Origin: Acinetobacter wanghuae
Lineage (GTDB): Bacteria > Pseudomonadota > Gammaproteobacteria > Pseudomonadales > Moraxellaceae
DNA: 32,000 nt
NCBI RefSeq assembly: GCF_009557235.1
Contig: NZ_CP045650.1
Coordinates: 1,290,001 to 1,322,000 of the forward strand
Reading direction: 5' to 3'
Shown: in pieces, positions 1 to 8,621 of the stretch
Position numbering within the stretch: the stretch's first letter is position 1
Layout of the letters: each line of letters opens with the position of its first letter
The notes under the pieces: model-generated
Told to the model about the DNA's origin: nothing
Databases searched by the model: none
Seen by the model: only the letters and a program-made list of their open reading frames with translations
Made by a program: the position numbers and the translations under genes

Positions 1-231
1 TTATGTCCGTTTTGTTGTTCGTTTGAGAACAATTTCTGCCAAAAACTCATAGAGCCTTCATACACAACCTAATCTAGGTTGAAATATAGCCAATTCTATA
101 AATAAAGCAATATAGCGAATGTGATAAAAGCAGCACTTGATGTTGAGATTTTCCGATTGAGCATACGAAGTCAAACGATATTATAGTCAGCTGAGTATCT
201 TGTATTTTTATAAGTGTATTATTTTAAAGGG

Positions 232-258
232 AAATAAAAAGGAGCGAATGATCGCTCC
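232..258 (-). terminator. Rho-independent terminator downstream of trmA
   Basis: GGAGCGA (241-247) pairs with TCGCTCC (252-258) around a 4-nt loop. On the minus strand the stem is followed by TTTTTATTT (complement of 232-240). It lies 36 nt past the trmA stop. Confidence 0.7.
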
Positions 259-293
259 TGAATGTTTCAATTTAATGTCTTGAAATAAATTGT

Positions 294-1376
294 TTAAATC
301 TTTTCAAGTAAAACACCCGATTCCACATGATGGGTATAAGGGAATTGGTCAAACATCGCAAACTTGGTGATTTTATGGGTTTGACTTAATGTTTGTAGGT
401 TGTCGTAAAGCGTATCGGGATTGCATGAAATATACAAAATACGCTCGAAACGTTGTAGTAGTTTCAATGTTGCGTCATCAATACCAGCGCGCGGCGGATC
501 AACAAATACCGTATCAAACTCATAGCTGGTTAGATCAATATTGGCTTCTTGCAAACGACGGAATTCACGTTCGCCGTTGTATGCTTGCGTGAATTCTTCA
601 GCAGACAAACGCGCCACTTGAATATTATCGATATTATTTTTTTCAATATTCCACTGTGCTGCATATACCGAAGATTTTGCGAGTTCGGTGGCTAACACAC
701 GACGGAATTTAGTTGAAAGTGGTAGAGTAAAGTTACCATTACCACAATACAGCTCAAGTAAGTCTTTGTCAGATTGGGTTGCAGCTGTACATGCCCATTC
801 CAACATTTTTTGGCAAACTTCAGCATTGGGTTGGGTAAAACTGCTTTCAATTTGTTGGTATTGATATTTTGTATCAAAAACTTGTAATTCTTCGACAACG
901 TATTCGTCAGAAACCACAAATTTCTTACCACGGCTACGACCAATCAATTTGATATTCAATTGTTCAGCCAAAGCTTTTGCTGCAGGCTCCCAACTTTCAT
1001 CTAAGTGACGATGGTAAATCAGGGATACGAGCATTTCGCCTTTTAACGTCGCTAAGAAATGCACTTCAAATAAACGTGCACCAAGCAAAGAGTCGGCTTT
1101 AAATGCGCTTAATAGTTTTGGCATTAATGCATTAATACTTTTATCTGCAACGGGGAATTCATCAATGCGGATGACTTTTTTATTGTTATCAGCATCACGT
1201 TCAAACATGGCATAGAACAGATCATCTTCAGTATGCCAAATACGGAACTCTGCACGCATACGATAATAGTTTTCAGGAGACTCGAAAACTTCAAGGGCAG
1301 GAGGATTAAATTCGGCAAATTGGGCAGAAATGCGTTCAACTTTGGCATCAAGTTGTTGCTGATAAGATGAAGTCAT
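294..1376 (-). CDS. trmA: tRNA (uracil54-C5)-methyltransferase TrmA
   Basis: Collinear by eye with E. coli TrmA, e.g. [47 protein letters not shown]. The ORF-track start at 1394 is TTG, so I chose the ATG at 1376 (MTSSYQQQL), which aligns with the E. coli N-terminus. Confidence 0.93.
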   Translation of the reverse strand: MTSSYQQQLDAKVERISAQFAEFNPPALEVFESPENYYRMRAEFRIWHTEDDLFYAMFERDADNNKKVIRIDEFPVADKSINALMPKLLSAFKADSLLGARLFEVHFLATLKGEMLVSLIYHRHLDESWEPAAKALAEQLNIKLIGRSRGKKFVVSDEYVVEELQVFDTKYQYQQIESSFTQPNAEVCQKMLEWACTAATQSDKDLLELYCGNGNFTLPLSTKFRRVLATELAKSSVYAAQWNIEKNNIDNIQVARLSAEEFTQAYNGEREFRRLQEANIDLTSYEFDTVFVDPPRAGIDDATLKLLQRFERILYISCNPDTLYDNLQTLSQTHKITKFAMFDQFPYTHHVESGVLLEKI

Positions 1377-1473
1377 ATGCAGTAAAAATCGCAAGTATTT
1401 TAAAGCTCAAATGGTAGCAAAAAATTGCTGTTCTGCCTAAGACTATTCAACATCTCAGCCCTGAAAACCCCAT

Positions 1474-1511
1474 AAAAAAGGTCAAATCTTCTGAGGAGCA
1501 AGATTTGACCT
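1474..1511 (-). terminator. Rho-independent terminator downstream of putA
   Basis: AGGTCAAATCT (1479-1489) pairs with AGATTTGACCT (1501-1511), giving an 11-bp stem. On the minus strand it is followed by a T-run (A-run 1474-1478 on plus). It lies 36 nt past the putA stop. Confidence 0.75.
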
Positions 1512-1546
1512 ATAACAGTAAAAGTTAGAGCTTAAAAAAGTAAAGT

Positions 1547-4500
1547 TTATGAGCCTGACATTGTCATGAGGCTTGCATTACCACCAGCTGCAGCAGTATT
1601 AATGCTAATGGCGCGTTCAATGACAAAACGTTCGACCGGAATTTGATAATCCCCCGATGTCATATGTGTAATGCCAATAATTGCACCTTGGCGCGCAGCA
1701 ATGCGTTGCTGTAAATCAAGCAATTCAATCTCATTGCCATGATGCAGTACTGCATCAAACTCACCTTGCTCGATGCTTGTTACAACTTTGATCTGATTGA
1801 TCACAGTGGTAGGCATGCTGTCTAAATGCTTTAAGATAAAACTATTTTCCGCGAGGACTACAGGATGACTCCCGATCGATAAAATCGCGAACAGTTGCTG
1901 CGCTTGATCTGCATCATTTTTGGCAAGGGACAGGATATTTTCTCGCGGCAAGATGACGTATTGATTATCTTCACCCGTTGGACCTATTAAGCTGAAACGT
2001 TGACCTGAGGCAATCGGATGTGTTTCAGTTAACTTGATACTTGGAAAATATTGACTCACCCATGCTTTAAATGCCTCAGCAACAGGATTGATTTGTAAAT
2101 TTTGTGCAGGTTGAACAGCATAAGGTACAGCTAATTTTTTTTCAGACACATGATGCATTAAACGGTATAAATACAGTGGTCCACCCGCTTTTGGTCCTGT
2201 GCCAGATAGACCTTCACCACCAAAGGGTTGTACGCCAACCACTGCACCAACAATATTGCGGTTAATATAGAGGTTACCAACATGTGCCTTAGTCATGACC
2301 TTATGTATAGTTTCATCAATCCGGGTATGTAAACCCATGGTTAGACCATAACCTTTATGATTAATATGTTCCAAGAGTTGTTCGAGTTCCCCAGATTTGT
2401 ATTTGATTAAATGGAGCACAGGACCAAATACTTCACGTTCAAGATCGTTCAGATTGGGTAGTTCAATCAGCGTAGGTGGAATAAACGTCCCCTGATTCAA
2501 ATTGTATGAATCTTGATTGAACATGAGTTGGTATACTCGATGACCTTTTTGTTTCATCCGATCAATATGTCGTTGAATATTTTGCTTTGCTTCAAAATCA
2601 ATGACAGGACCGATATCGGTACATAGTAAGCTAGGATCGCCTACACGTAATTGCTGCATCGCACCGACTAACATGCTGCGAAGCACTTCAAAATTATCTT
2701 CTTGCACGCAAAGTACACGGAGTGCTGAACAGCGTTGACCTGCGCTGTCAAAGGCCGAGTTGATCACATCTAACACCACTTGTTCGGTCAATGCTGAAGA
2801 ATCCACAATCATGGCATTTTGGCCACCCGTTTCTGCGATCAGAGTCACACTTTCACCAAACTGATTCAAACGTTGTGAGACAGTTTTTTGCAAAATTTTT
2901 GCAACTTCAGTAGAGCCAGTAAACATGATGCCTTGAATACGCGAATCTTGACTCAGCTGTGCACCAATAGTTTCACCTTGACCCGGTAAAAGCTGCAGTA
3001 CATCTTTTGGAATACCTGCTTCCCATAATATTTGTACCGCTTGTGCCGCAATGAGTGGGGTTTGCTCGGCAGGTTTAGCAATGACGGTATTGCCTGCGAC
3101 CAAAGCTGCTGAAATTTGTCCAGTAAAAATGGCAAGTGGAAAATTCCATGGACTAATACAAAGGACAGTACCTAAAGGCTTAATATTGACATCGTGAGCC
3201 AAATCGAGCATTTGTCCAGCATAGTACCGCAAGAAATCAATTGCTTCTCGAACCTCAGCAATCGTGTTGGCATAGGTTTTACCTGCTTCACGGGACAGTA
3301 ACACCATCAGTGGAAAAAGACGCTGTTGCATGAGATCCGCAGCTTTATTTAAGTAAGCTGCACGTTGGTCTTTCGGTAAATTTGCCCAAAGCGATTGTGC
3401 TTTGACAGCATCTTGAAGTACGGTTTCTACTTGTTCCGCCGTTGTTTCATAGACAACGCCTACAATATCGTTGTGTCGAGACGGATTGATAATATGTATT
3501 GGCTGACTTGTATTGATCTGACTAAATGATGCACCCATGGCAGCCGCTTCAAATTGAGTATTACTCAATTCCACTGCGACTTTATTTAGCGCGATTAAAT
3601 CGGTGTCATTGGCAAGATCAATTCCGGCTGAGTTAGGACGTAAATCACCATATAAATCTTCAGGATAGGGGATATTCGGATGTTTTGCGCCAATGACTTT
3701 ATCTTGTTGTGAATGATGCAAAATGGTTTCGCGTGGATTTTCGATCAAGTCTTCAATTTTTAACGCTTTATCGGCAATGCGATTGACGAAAGATGTATTT
3801 GCGCCGTTTTCGAGTAAGCGACGAACGAGATAGGCGAGTAGTGTTTCATGGTTACCCACTGGCGCGTAAATGCGACATGGAATACCTAATTTATGCTGTG
3901 CTACATCTCCAACGATATTCTCATAAAGTGGTTCACCCATACCATGTAGGCATTGGAATTCATATTGACCTGCATAATATTGAGCAGGATTGGCAAGTTG
4001 ATAAATTGTTGCCACAGTTTGCGCATTATGGGTGGCAAATTGTGGGTAAATATAATCAGGTTCAGCCAATAATTTGCGTGCGCAAGCAATGTAAGACAAA
4101 TCGGTATGCACTTTGCGAGTGAATACAGGATAATTTGTCATACCATCAATTTGTGCTTTTTTAATTTCACTATCCCAATACGCACCTTTGACCAAACGAA
4201 TCATCAGGCGCTTATGACTGCGTTTCGCTAAATCAATAATGTAATCAACCACATAAAAACAACGTTTTTGGTAGGCCTGAATGACAAAGCCGATCCCTTT
4301 CCATTGCTTCAATTGAGGCTCAAAACAGAGGCGTTCGAGTAATTCGAGCGAAATTTCTAAACGATCGCTTTCTTCAGCATCAATATTTAAACCAATATTA
4401 TATTGCTGTGCGAGTACCGCAAGCTGCAATACTTTGGCATATAACTCGTTATGTACTCGATCCATTTGCGAGCGTTGATAACGTGGGTGCAGTGCTGATA

Positions 4501-5302
4501 ATTTAATTGAAATGCCTGGGCCTTCATAAACATCTTGATCCGTTGATGCTTTACCAATGGCATGAATCGCATCTTGATAATCTTGGTAGTAGCGTTCGGC
4601 ATCATGTTCGGTTAGTGCGGCTTCACCAAGCATGTCATAAGAATAGCGGAAGCCTTTATCTTCAAGATGTTCAGCATTCTTCAGTGCTTCATTAATTGTT
4701 TCACCTGTTACAAATTGCTCACCCATCATCCGCATTGCCATATCGACCGCTTTACGAATAATACCGCGACCACTGCGCGCCAAAAGCCCAGTTAGTAAGC
4801 TTGATAAGCTTTTCTGCTGCGGTGTTTCCATCAATTTTCCGGTCAGCATTAAGCCCCATGCTGCAGCATTCACAAACATCAGTTGGCTTTGACCCAAATG
4901 ATCTTTCCAATTGCCTTGGTTGATTTTATCTCGAATGAGTAGATCACGGGTTGCAGTATCGGGAATACGTAGTAGTGCTTCAGCCAAGCACATTAGTGCA
5001 ATCCCTTCCTGAGATGACAAGGAAAATTCTTGTAATAGACCTTGCACGACGCCACTTTTACCATGTCCGCCTTTACGTTCGCGTAAAGAGTGTGCTAATT
5101 GAAAAGCAATGGTTTGAATTTTCTCGGTCATTTCAGCCGATATTTTACTATGTGCTAATAAATGATCAACGCACTCAGATTCATCGCTCCGCCATGCTGA
5201 ATTGATATGGTGTTCATACGTGTTTTTATGCTTAAAGTCAGCAATGTGCTGTGAAGAAGGGGTTGCATCCAAAGCAGAAGCTTGGCTAAGTGTGGTTGGC
5301 AT
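1547..5302 (-). CDS. putA: Bifunctional proline dehydrogenase / L-glutamate-gamma-semialdehyde dehydrogenase PutA (no N-terminal RHH domain visible)
   Basis: Near-collinear with E. coli PutA from GLLQEFSLSSQEG through ISPWNFPLAIF, ETGGQNAMIVD, QPFGGEGLSGTGPKAGGP to NTAAAGGNASLM. Start set at the ATG at 5302 (MPTTLSQ), which is preceded by GGAAG. The ORF-track start at 5329 is 9 codons upstream. Confidence 0.95.
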   Translation of the reverse strand: MPTTLSQASALDATPSSQHIADFKHKNTYEHHINSAWRSDESECVDHLLAHSKISAEMTEKIQTIAFQLAHSLRERKGGHGKSGVVQGLLQEFSLSSQEGIALMCLAEALLRIPDTATRDLLIRDKINQGNWKDHLGQSQLMFVNAAAWGLMLTGKLMETPQQKSLSSLLTGLLARSGRGIIRKAVDMAMRMMGEQFVTGETINEALKNAEHLEDKGFRYSYDMLGEAALTEHDAERYYQDYQDAIHAIGKASTDQDVYEGPGISIKLSALHPRYQRSQMDRVHNELYAKVLQLAVLAQQYNIGLNIDAEESDRLEISLELLERLCFEPQLKQWKGIGFVIQAYQKRCFYVVDYIIDLAKRSHKRLMIRLVKGAYWDSEIKKAQIDGMTNYPVFTRKVHTDLSYIACARKLLAEPDYIYPQFATHNAQTVATIYQLANPAQYYAGQYEFQCLHGMGEPLYENIVGDVAQHKLGIPCRIYAPVGNHETLLAYLVRRLLENGANTSFVNRIADKALKIEDLIENPRETILHHSQQDKVIGAKHPNIPYPEDLYGDLRPNSAGIDLANDTDLIALNKVAVELSNTQFEAAAMGASFSQINTSQPIHIINPSRHNDIVGVVYETTAEQVETVLQDAVKAQSLWANLPKDQRAAYLNKAADLMQQRLFPLMVLLSREAGKTYANTIAEVREAIDFLRYYAGQMLDLAHDVNIKPLGTVLCISPWNFPLAIFTGQISAALVAGNTVIAKPAEQTPLIAAQAVQILWEAGIPKDVLQLLPGQGETIGAQLSQDSRIQGIMFTGSTEVAKILQKTVSQRLNQFGESVTLIAETGGQNAMIVDSSALTEQVVLDVINSAFDSAGQRCSALRVLCVQEDNFEVLRSMLVGAMQQLRVGDPSLLCTDIGPVIDFEAKQNIQRHIDRMKQKGHRVYQLMFNQDSYNLNQGTFIPPTLIELPNLNDLEREVFGPVLHLIKYKSGELEQLLEHINHKGYGLTMGLHTRIDETIHKVMTKAHVGNLYINRNIVGAVVGVQPFGGEGLSGTGPKAGGPLYLYRLMHHVSEKKLAVPYAVQPAQNLQINPVAEAFKAWVSQYFPSIKLTETHPIASGQRFSLIGPTGEDNQYVILPRENILSLAKNDADQAQQLFAILSIGSHPVVLAENSFILKHLDSMPTTVINQIKVVTSIEQGEFDAVLHHGNEIELLDLQQRIAARQGAIIGITHMTSGDYQIPVERFVIERAISINTAAAGGNASLMTMSGS

Positions 5303-5341
5303 AGTGACTTCCTGTACTGCGTCAATCATTTCTTTAACTTA

Positions 5342-5394
5342 AGTGAGTTTTAAACTATAATCACAAAAAAATTGACGAATAACTCACTATAGTT
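5342..5394. promoter_or_regulatory. Interleaved inverted repeats in the putA / Lrp-regulator divergent control region (candidate operator)
   Basis: AGTGAGTT (5342-5349) is the reverse complement of AACTCACT (5381-5388). AACTATA (5353-5359) is the reverse complement of TATAGTT (5388-5394). The two pairs cross rather than nest, and they lie between the divergent start codons at 5302 and 5421. Confidence 0.4.
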
Positions 5395-5420
5395 CAGCTT
5401 AATTTTAGAGAATAATTCAA

Positions 5421-5912
5421 ATGAATAGCCATTTTTTCAGTCTCGACCGCATAGATTTGCGTATTCTCGATTTGCTTCAAACTGAATCGAAAATTTCCAA
5501 TATTAAACTTGCTGAAATGGTGAATTTATCGCCTACAGCAGTCCTTGCACGGGTGCAAAAACTGACCAAGGAAGGTTTTATTTTGGGCTATGAAGCACGG
5601 CTCAACCCTACTAAGTTGAATAATGCATTTGTAGTATTTGTTGAGATTTTGCTAGATAAGACCACCCCCAATGTTTTGGAGGAGTTTTCAGAGGCAGTAC
5701 AGCACATACCTGAGATTGTGGAATGTCATATGATTAGTGGTGGCTTTGATTTTGTTGTGAAAATTCGCTGTGCCAATATGGATGAATTTCGGAAAATTTC
5801 AGGTGATATCTTGTGGCAGTTGCCGGGAGTGAAGGAAACGCGGAGTTATCCTGTGATGGAAGTGATTAAAGAGACCCAAAAAATTAAGCTCAAAATGCCT
5901 GTAAAAAAATAA
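5421..5912 (+). CDS. Lrp/AsnC-family transcriptional regulator (PutR-like by position)
   Basis: N-terminal HTH_AsnC pattern (LDRIDLRILDLLQTESKISNIKLAEMVNLSPTAVLARVQKL) followed by a C-terminal RAM/AsnC_trans_reg-like half. Divergent from putA and convergent with putP. Confidence 0.88.
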   Translation: MNSHFFSLDRIDLRILDLLQTESKISNIKLAEMVNLSPTAVLARVQKLTKEGFILGYEARLNPTKLNNAFVVFVEILLDKTTPNVLEEFSEAVQHIPEIVECHMISGGFDFVVKIRCANMDEFRKISGDILWQLPGVKETRSYPVMEVIKETQKIKLKMPVKK

Positions 5913-5920
5913 CAGCAAGA

Positions 5921-5950
5921 AAAAAGGGACATTGAAATGTCCCTTTTTTA
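5921..5950. terminator. Bidirectional rho-independent terminator between the Lrp regulator and putP
   Basis: AAAAA-GGGACAT...ATGTCCC-TTTTTT. The stem at 5926-5943 is flanked by an A-run and a T-run, and it sits between convergent stops at 5912 and 5962. Confidence 0.8.
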
Positions 5951-5961
5951 TATGTGTAGCA

Positions 5962-7476
5962 TTACTTCTTCATGTCTGCCATTTCTTTTGCATATTTTGC
6001 TTGAGCAAGTTCAAAGCGTTCAATCATCTCGTGCTGAGGTGGATGATCAAATAAACTCACTACTACAATGCTCAAACTTGCTAAAATAAAGCCCGGAATG
6101 ATCTCGTAAATACCGGTATCACCCATATAATTTTTCCAAGCAATGACGGTCACAGCCCCAACAATCATGCCGATGATGGCGCCGTTCAGTGTCATACGTT
6201 TCCAAAAAAGCGATAAAATAATCAAGGGTCCAAATGCCGCGCCAAAGCCTGCCCAAGCATAGGCCACCAAGCTCAGCACTTTACTATTTGGGTTCATAGC
6301 AAGCGAAATTGCAATCAGGGCGATTACGACCACCATCCCTCGACCAACCCAAATTAATTCCTTTTGTGACGCTGTTTTTCTTACAAATGCTTTGTACAAA
6401 TCTTCGGTTAGGGTGGTTGAACACACCAATAGTTGGCAGCTCAAAGTACTCATAATGGCTGCTAAAATTGCAGCCAGTACAATGCCCGCAACCCAAGGAT
6501 TAAATAGAATTTTAGTTAATTCCATGAAGACCATTTCAGGGTTTTTATTGACGATTGCTGCTGCAGGTAAATCTGGATTTGCGGCAAAATAGGCAATACC
6601 AATATAACCCGCAGCCATGGCACCAGCTAAACATAAAATCATCCATGTCATGCCAATGCGGCGTGCGTTTGGAATAATTTTGACCGAGTCAGCAGCCATA
6701 AAGCGCACAAGAATATGGGGTTGTCCAAAATAGCCTAAGCCCCATGCAAAGCTTGAGATAATTGCAATAGAACTTAAGTTTTCAATCAGATTTGAAGCGT
6801 TTGGACGAGCACTCTCTAACAGAGTAGCCACATCTTGGCTGTTATCGCCAAGGGCTAAGAAAGTCATGATCGGTGTTAAAATTAATGCGAAAATCATTAA
6901 ACCGGCTTGAAACGTATCCGTCCAACTAATCGCTAAAAATCCACCGATACATACGTACAAAATCGTAGCCACTGCACCAAGCCAGAGTGCTGTGGTGTAA
7001 TCCCATCCAAATAGACTTTCAAATAATCGTGCACCTGCGACCATACCTGAAGCACAGTAAATTGCAAAAAACACCAAAATAACGATTGCGGACAACACGC
7101 GCAAAATTCGCTTTCGGTCTGAAAAACGACTTGTAAAATAATCTGGTAGGGTCAGGGCATTATTTTGATATTCGGTATGTGCTCGAAGTCGCCCAGCGAC
7201 CAATAGCCAGTTTAGCCATGCACCAATGATCAATCCAATCGCAATCCAAACTTCAGACAGACCTGACAGATAAATTGCACCCGGAAGTCCCATGAGTAAC
7301 CAGCCACTCATATCTGATGCGCCAGCTGAAAGTGCCGTGACCACACTACCAAGACTACGACCGCCTAAAATATATTCGTCAAAATTCGAGGTTGCTCGGT
7401 AAGCATATAAACCAATCGCAATCATGGCGATAATGTAAAAAATGAAGGTAATTAGGGTGGGATTGATCGTGCTCAT
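5962..7476 (-). CDS. putP: Sodium/proline symporter PutP (SSS family)
   Basis: N-terminus close to E. coli PutP (NFDEYILGGRSLGSVVTALSAGASDMSGWLLMGLPGAIYLSGLSE). Polytopic hydrophobic profile throughout. AAGGA lies 10 nt upstream of the ATG. Confidence 0.95.
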   Translation of the reverse strand: MSTINPTLITFIFYIIAMIAIGLYAYRATSNFDEYILGGRSLGSVVTALSAGASDMSGWLLMGLPGAIYLSGLSEVWIAIGLIIGAWLNWLLVAGRLRAHTEYQNNALTLPDYFTSRFSDRKRILRVLSAIVILVFFAIYCASGMVAGARLFESLFGWDYTTALWLGAVATILYVCIGGFLAISWTDTFQAGLMIFALILTPIMTFLALGDNSQDVATLLESARPNASNLIENLSSIAIISSFAWGLGYFGQPHILVRFMAADSVKIIPNARRIGMTWMILCLAGAMAAGYIGIAYFAANPDLPAAAIVNKNPEMVFMELTKILFNPWVAGIVLAAILAAIMSTLSCQLLVCSTTLTEDLYKAFVRKTASQKELIWVGRGMVVVIALIAISLAMNPNSKVLSLVAYAWAGFGAAFGPLIILSLFWKRMTLNGAIIGMIVGAVTVIAWKNYMGDTGIYEIIPGFILASLSIVVVSLFDHPPQHEMIERFELAQAKYAKEMADMKK

Positions 7477-7808
7477 AGGCCAAGTATCCTTAAAAATTGT
7501 AAATCATCGTCCGGGATGATTCTTGCTGATTATTCACAGGGCACTGATTCAAACACGTTTTAAAAATTACACTCTGTAACAGTTAAGCGGTTTTTATGTA
7601 GAATGAATGTAAATGGACATCATTATTCATCTCATAAAAATATTTATATAGTAGGTACAAGCCAAATATAACTTCGTATTCAAAGCGTAGGAATATTCGC
7701 TGGCGACAGATCAATATATTGAGATTTTGTATTGATGTTACACAAACTTACAAAAACAATAACAAGTGAAATTTGAATATATTTTTCCAAATTTTTCTTA
7801 AAATTGAC

Positions 7809-7831
7809 GTATTCATTTCTATGTTGAATAC
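7809..7831. repeat. Inverted repeat GTATTCA-N9-TGAATAC directly after a TTGACG hexamer
   Basis: GTATTCA (7809-7815) is the reverse complement of TGAATAC (7825-7831). TTGACG lies at 7804-7809. The element is inside the 666-bp ORF-free gap. Confidence 0.3.
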
Positions 7832-8142
7832 AAAAGAGTAAGTTTTTAGCCTATAGCTGTAATCTCATTACACATCATGCCAAATGAGACACTATATTTA
7901 TTTGATTTATACCCAACATGATTTATTTGCTAACAAACATCTTATATAGAACTGCTAGGATGGAATTGATACAAAGAGAGCTATAGAGCACCTTCGGGTT
8001 GAAGGACTGACGTTTCAATAGCGAGTACATCTGATTGCTAATATGGCGCAAGTCAAAAAAGAGACTATGCAAAATTATCCTGCTGTGGGTTTAAAGTTTT
8101 TTCATCTACACTAGTACACAATGAGCAACTGTAAAGACCCGT

Positions 8143-8502
8143 ATGTTTGATAAAATTACCTCCCTCTTCAAAAGCAATAAACCGACACCTGCGCAGCTCT
8201 ATTTAGCCGAGCATCAAATCGAATATAGTGAAGAACATGGTTTCGTCGTGGATGGTATAGAGTTGAATGCGACACTTGGCGAAAGACTTAATTTTCTGTC
8301 GAATAGACGGCTGACTAAATTTGATGATCTGCAAGCGTTGTATGCAGCAGCGATGATTATTAATGAACGAATTGATTTAGAAATTGCTACAGAACGCTAT
8401 GTCGCCCGCCTTGGCAACAGCAAAGAAAATCTACTCGAATTTAAACGTATCTTAAAATTATTAAATGATTATTACCGTCAATTTATACGTGATCAAAAAT
8501 GA
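8143..8502 (+). CDS. Hypothetical protein, 119 aa, no recognisable domain
   Basis: Only substantial ORF between putP and mfd. Same strand as mfd, 119 nt upstream of it. Weak RBS (AAAGA). No motif recognised. Confidence 0.55.
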   Translation: MFDKITSLFKSNKPTPAQLYLAEHQIEYSEEHGFVVDGIELNATLGERLNFLSNRRLTKFDDLQALYAAAMIINERIDLEIATERYVARLGNSKENLLEFKRILKLLNDYYRQFIRDQK

Positions 8503-8621
8503 TCATCGCTTGAGCAGTCATCATTTGTCGCGCTGCGTATTTGATGCAATAAAATAACGAAGTGCAGTTGGATCATCGTGATAATATAGCCTTATGTTGT
8601 TTAAAATGAATAGCTATATCA

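Noticed and set aside
1-231. The leading 231 nt were examined for a truncated gene, tRNA or sRNA.
   Set aside because: No ORF of 60 aa or more is present and no tRNA-like T-arm sequence is seen. The only terminator hairpin nearby belongs to trmA. This is probably the intergenic or promoter region of a gene beyond the window edge, and it cannot be resolved from this window.
279-292. The exact 14-mer CTTGAAATAAATTG is repeated at 279-292 and 20599-20612, with a 10-mer copy at 20544-20553.
   Set aside because: A back-of-envelope estimate gives several chance 14-mer matches in 32 kb counting both strands, and more in AT-rich intergenic DNA. The flanks do not extend the match. It was kept only as a local direct repeat in the SCP2/phasin control region.
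8043-8114. A 23-codon ORF (MAQVKKETMQNYPAVGLKFFHLH) just upstream of the 119-aa orphan, considered as a possible leader peptide or small protein.
   Set aside because: It has no RBS and no recognisable leader-peptide logic, such as regulatory codon runs. ORFs of this size are expected by chance in AT-rich DNA.
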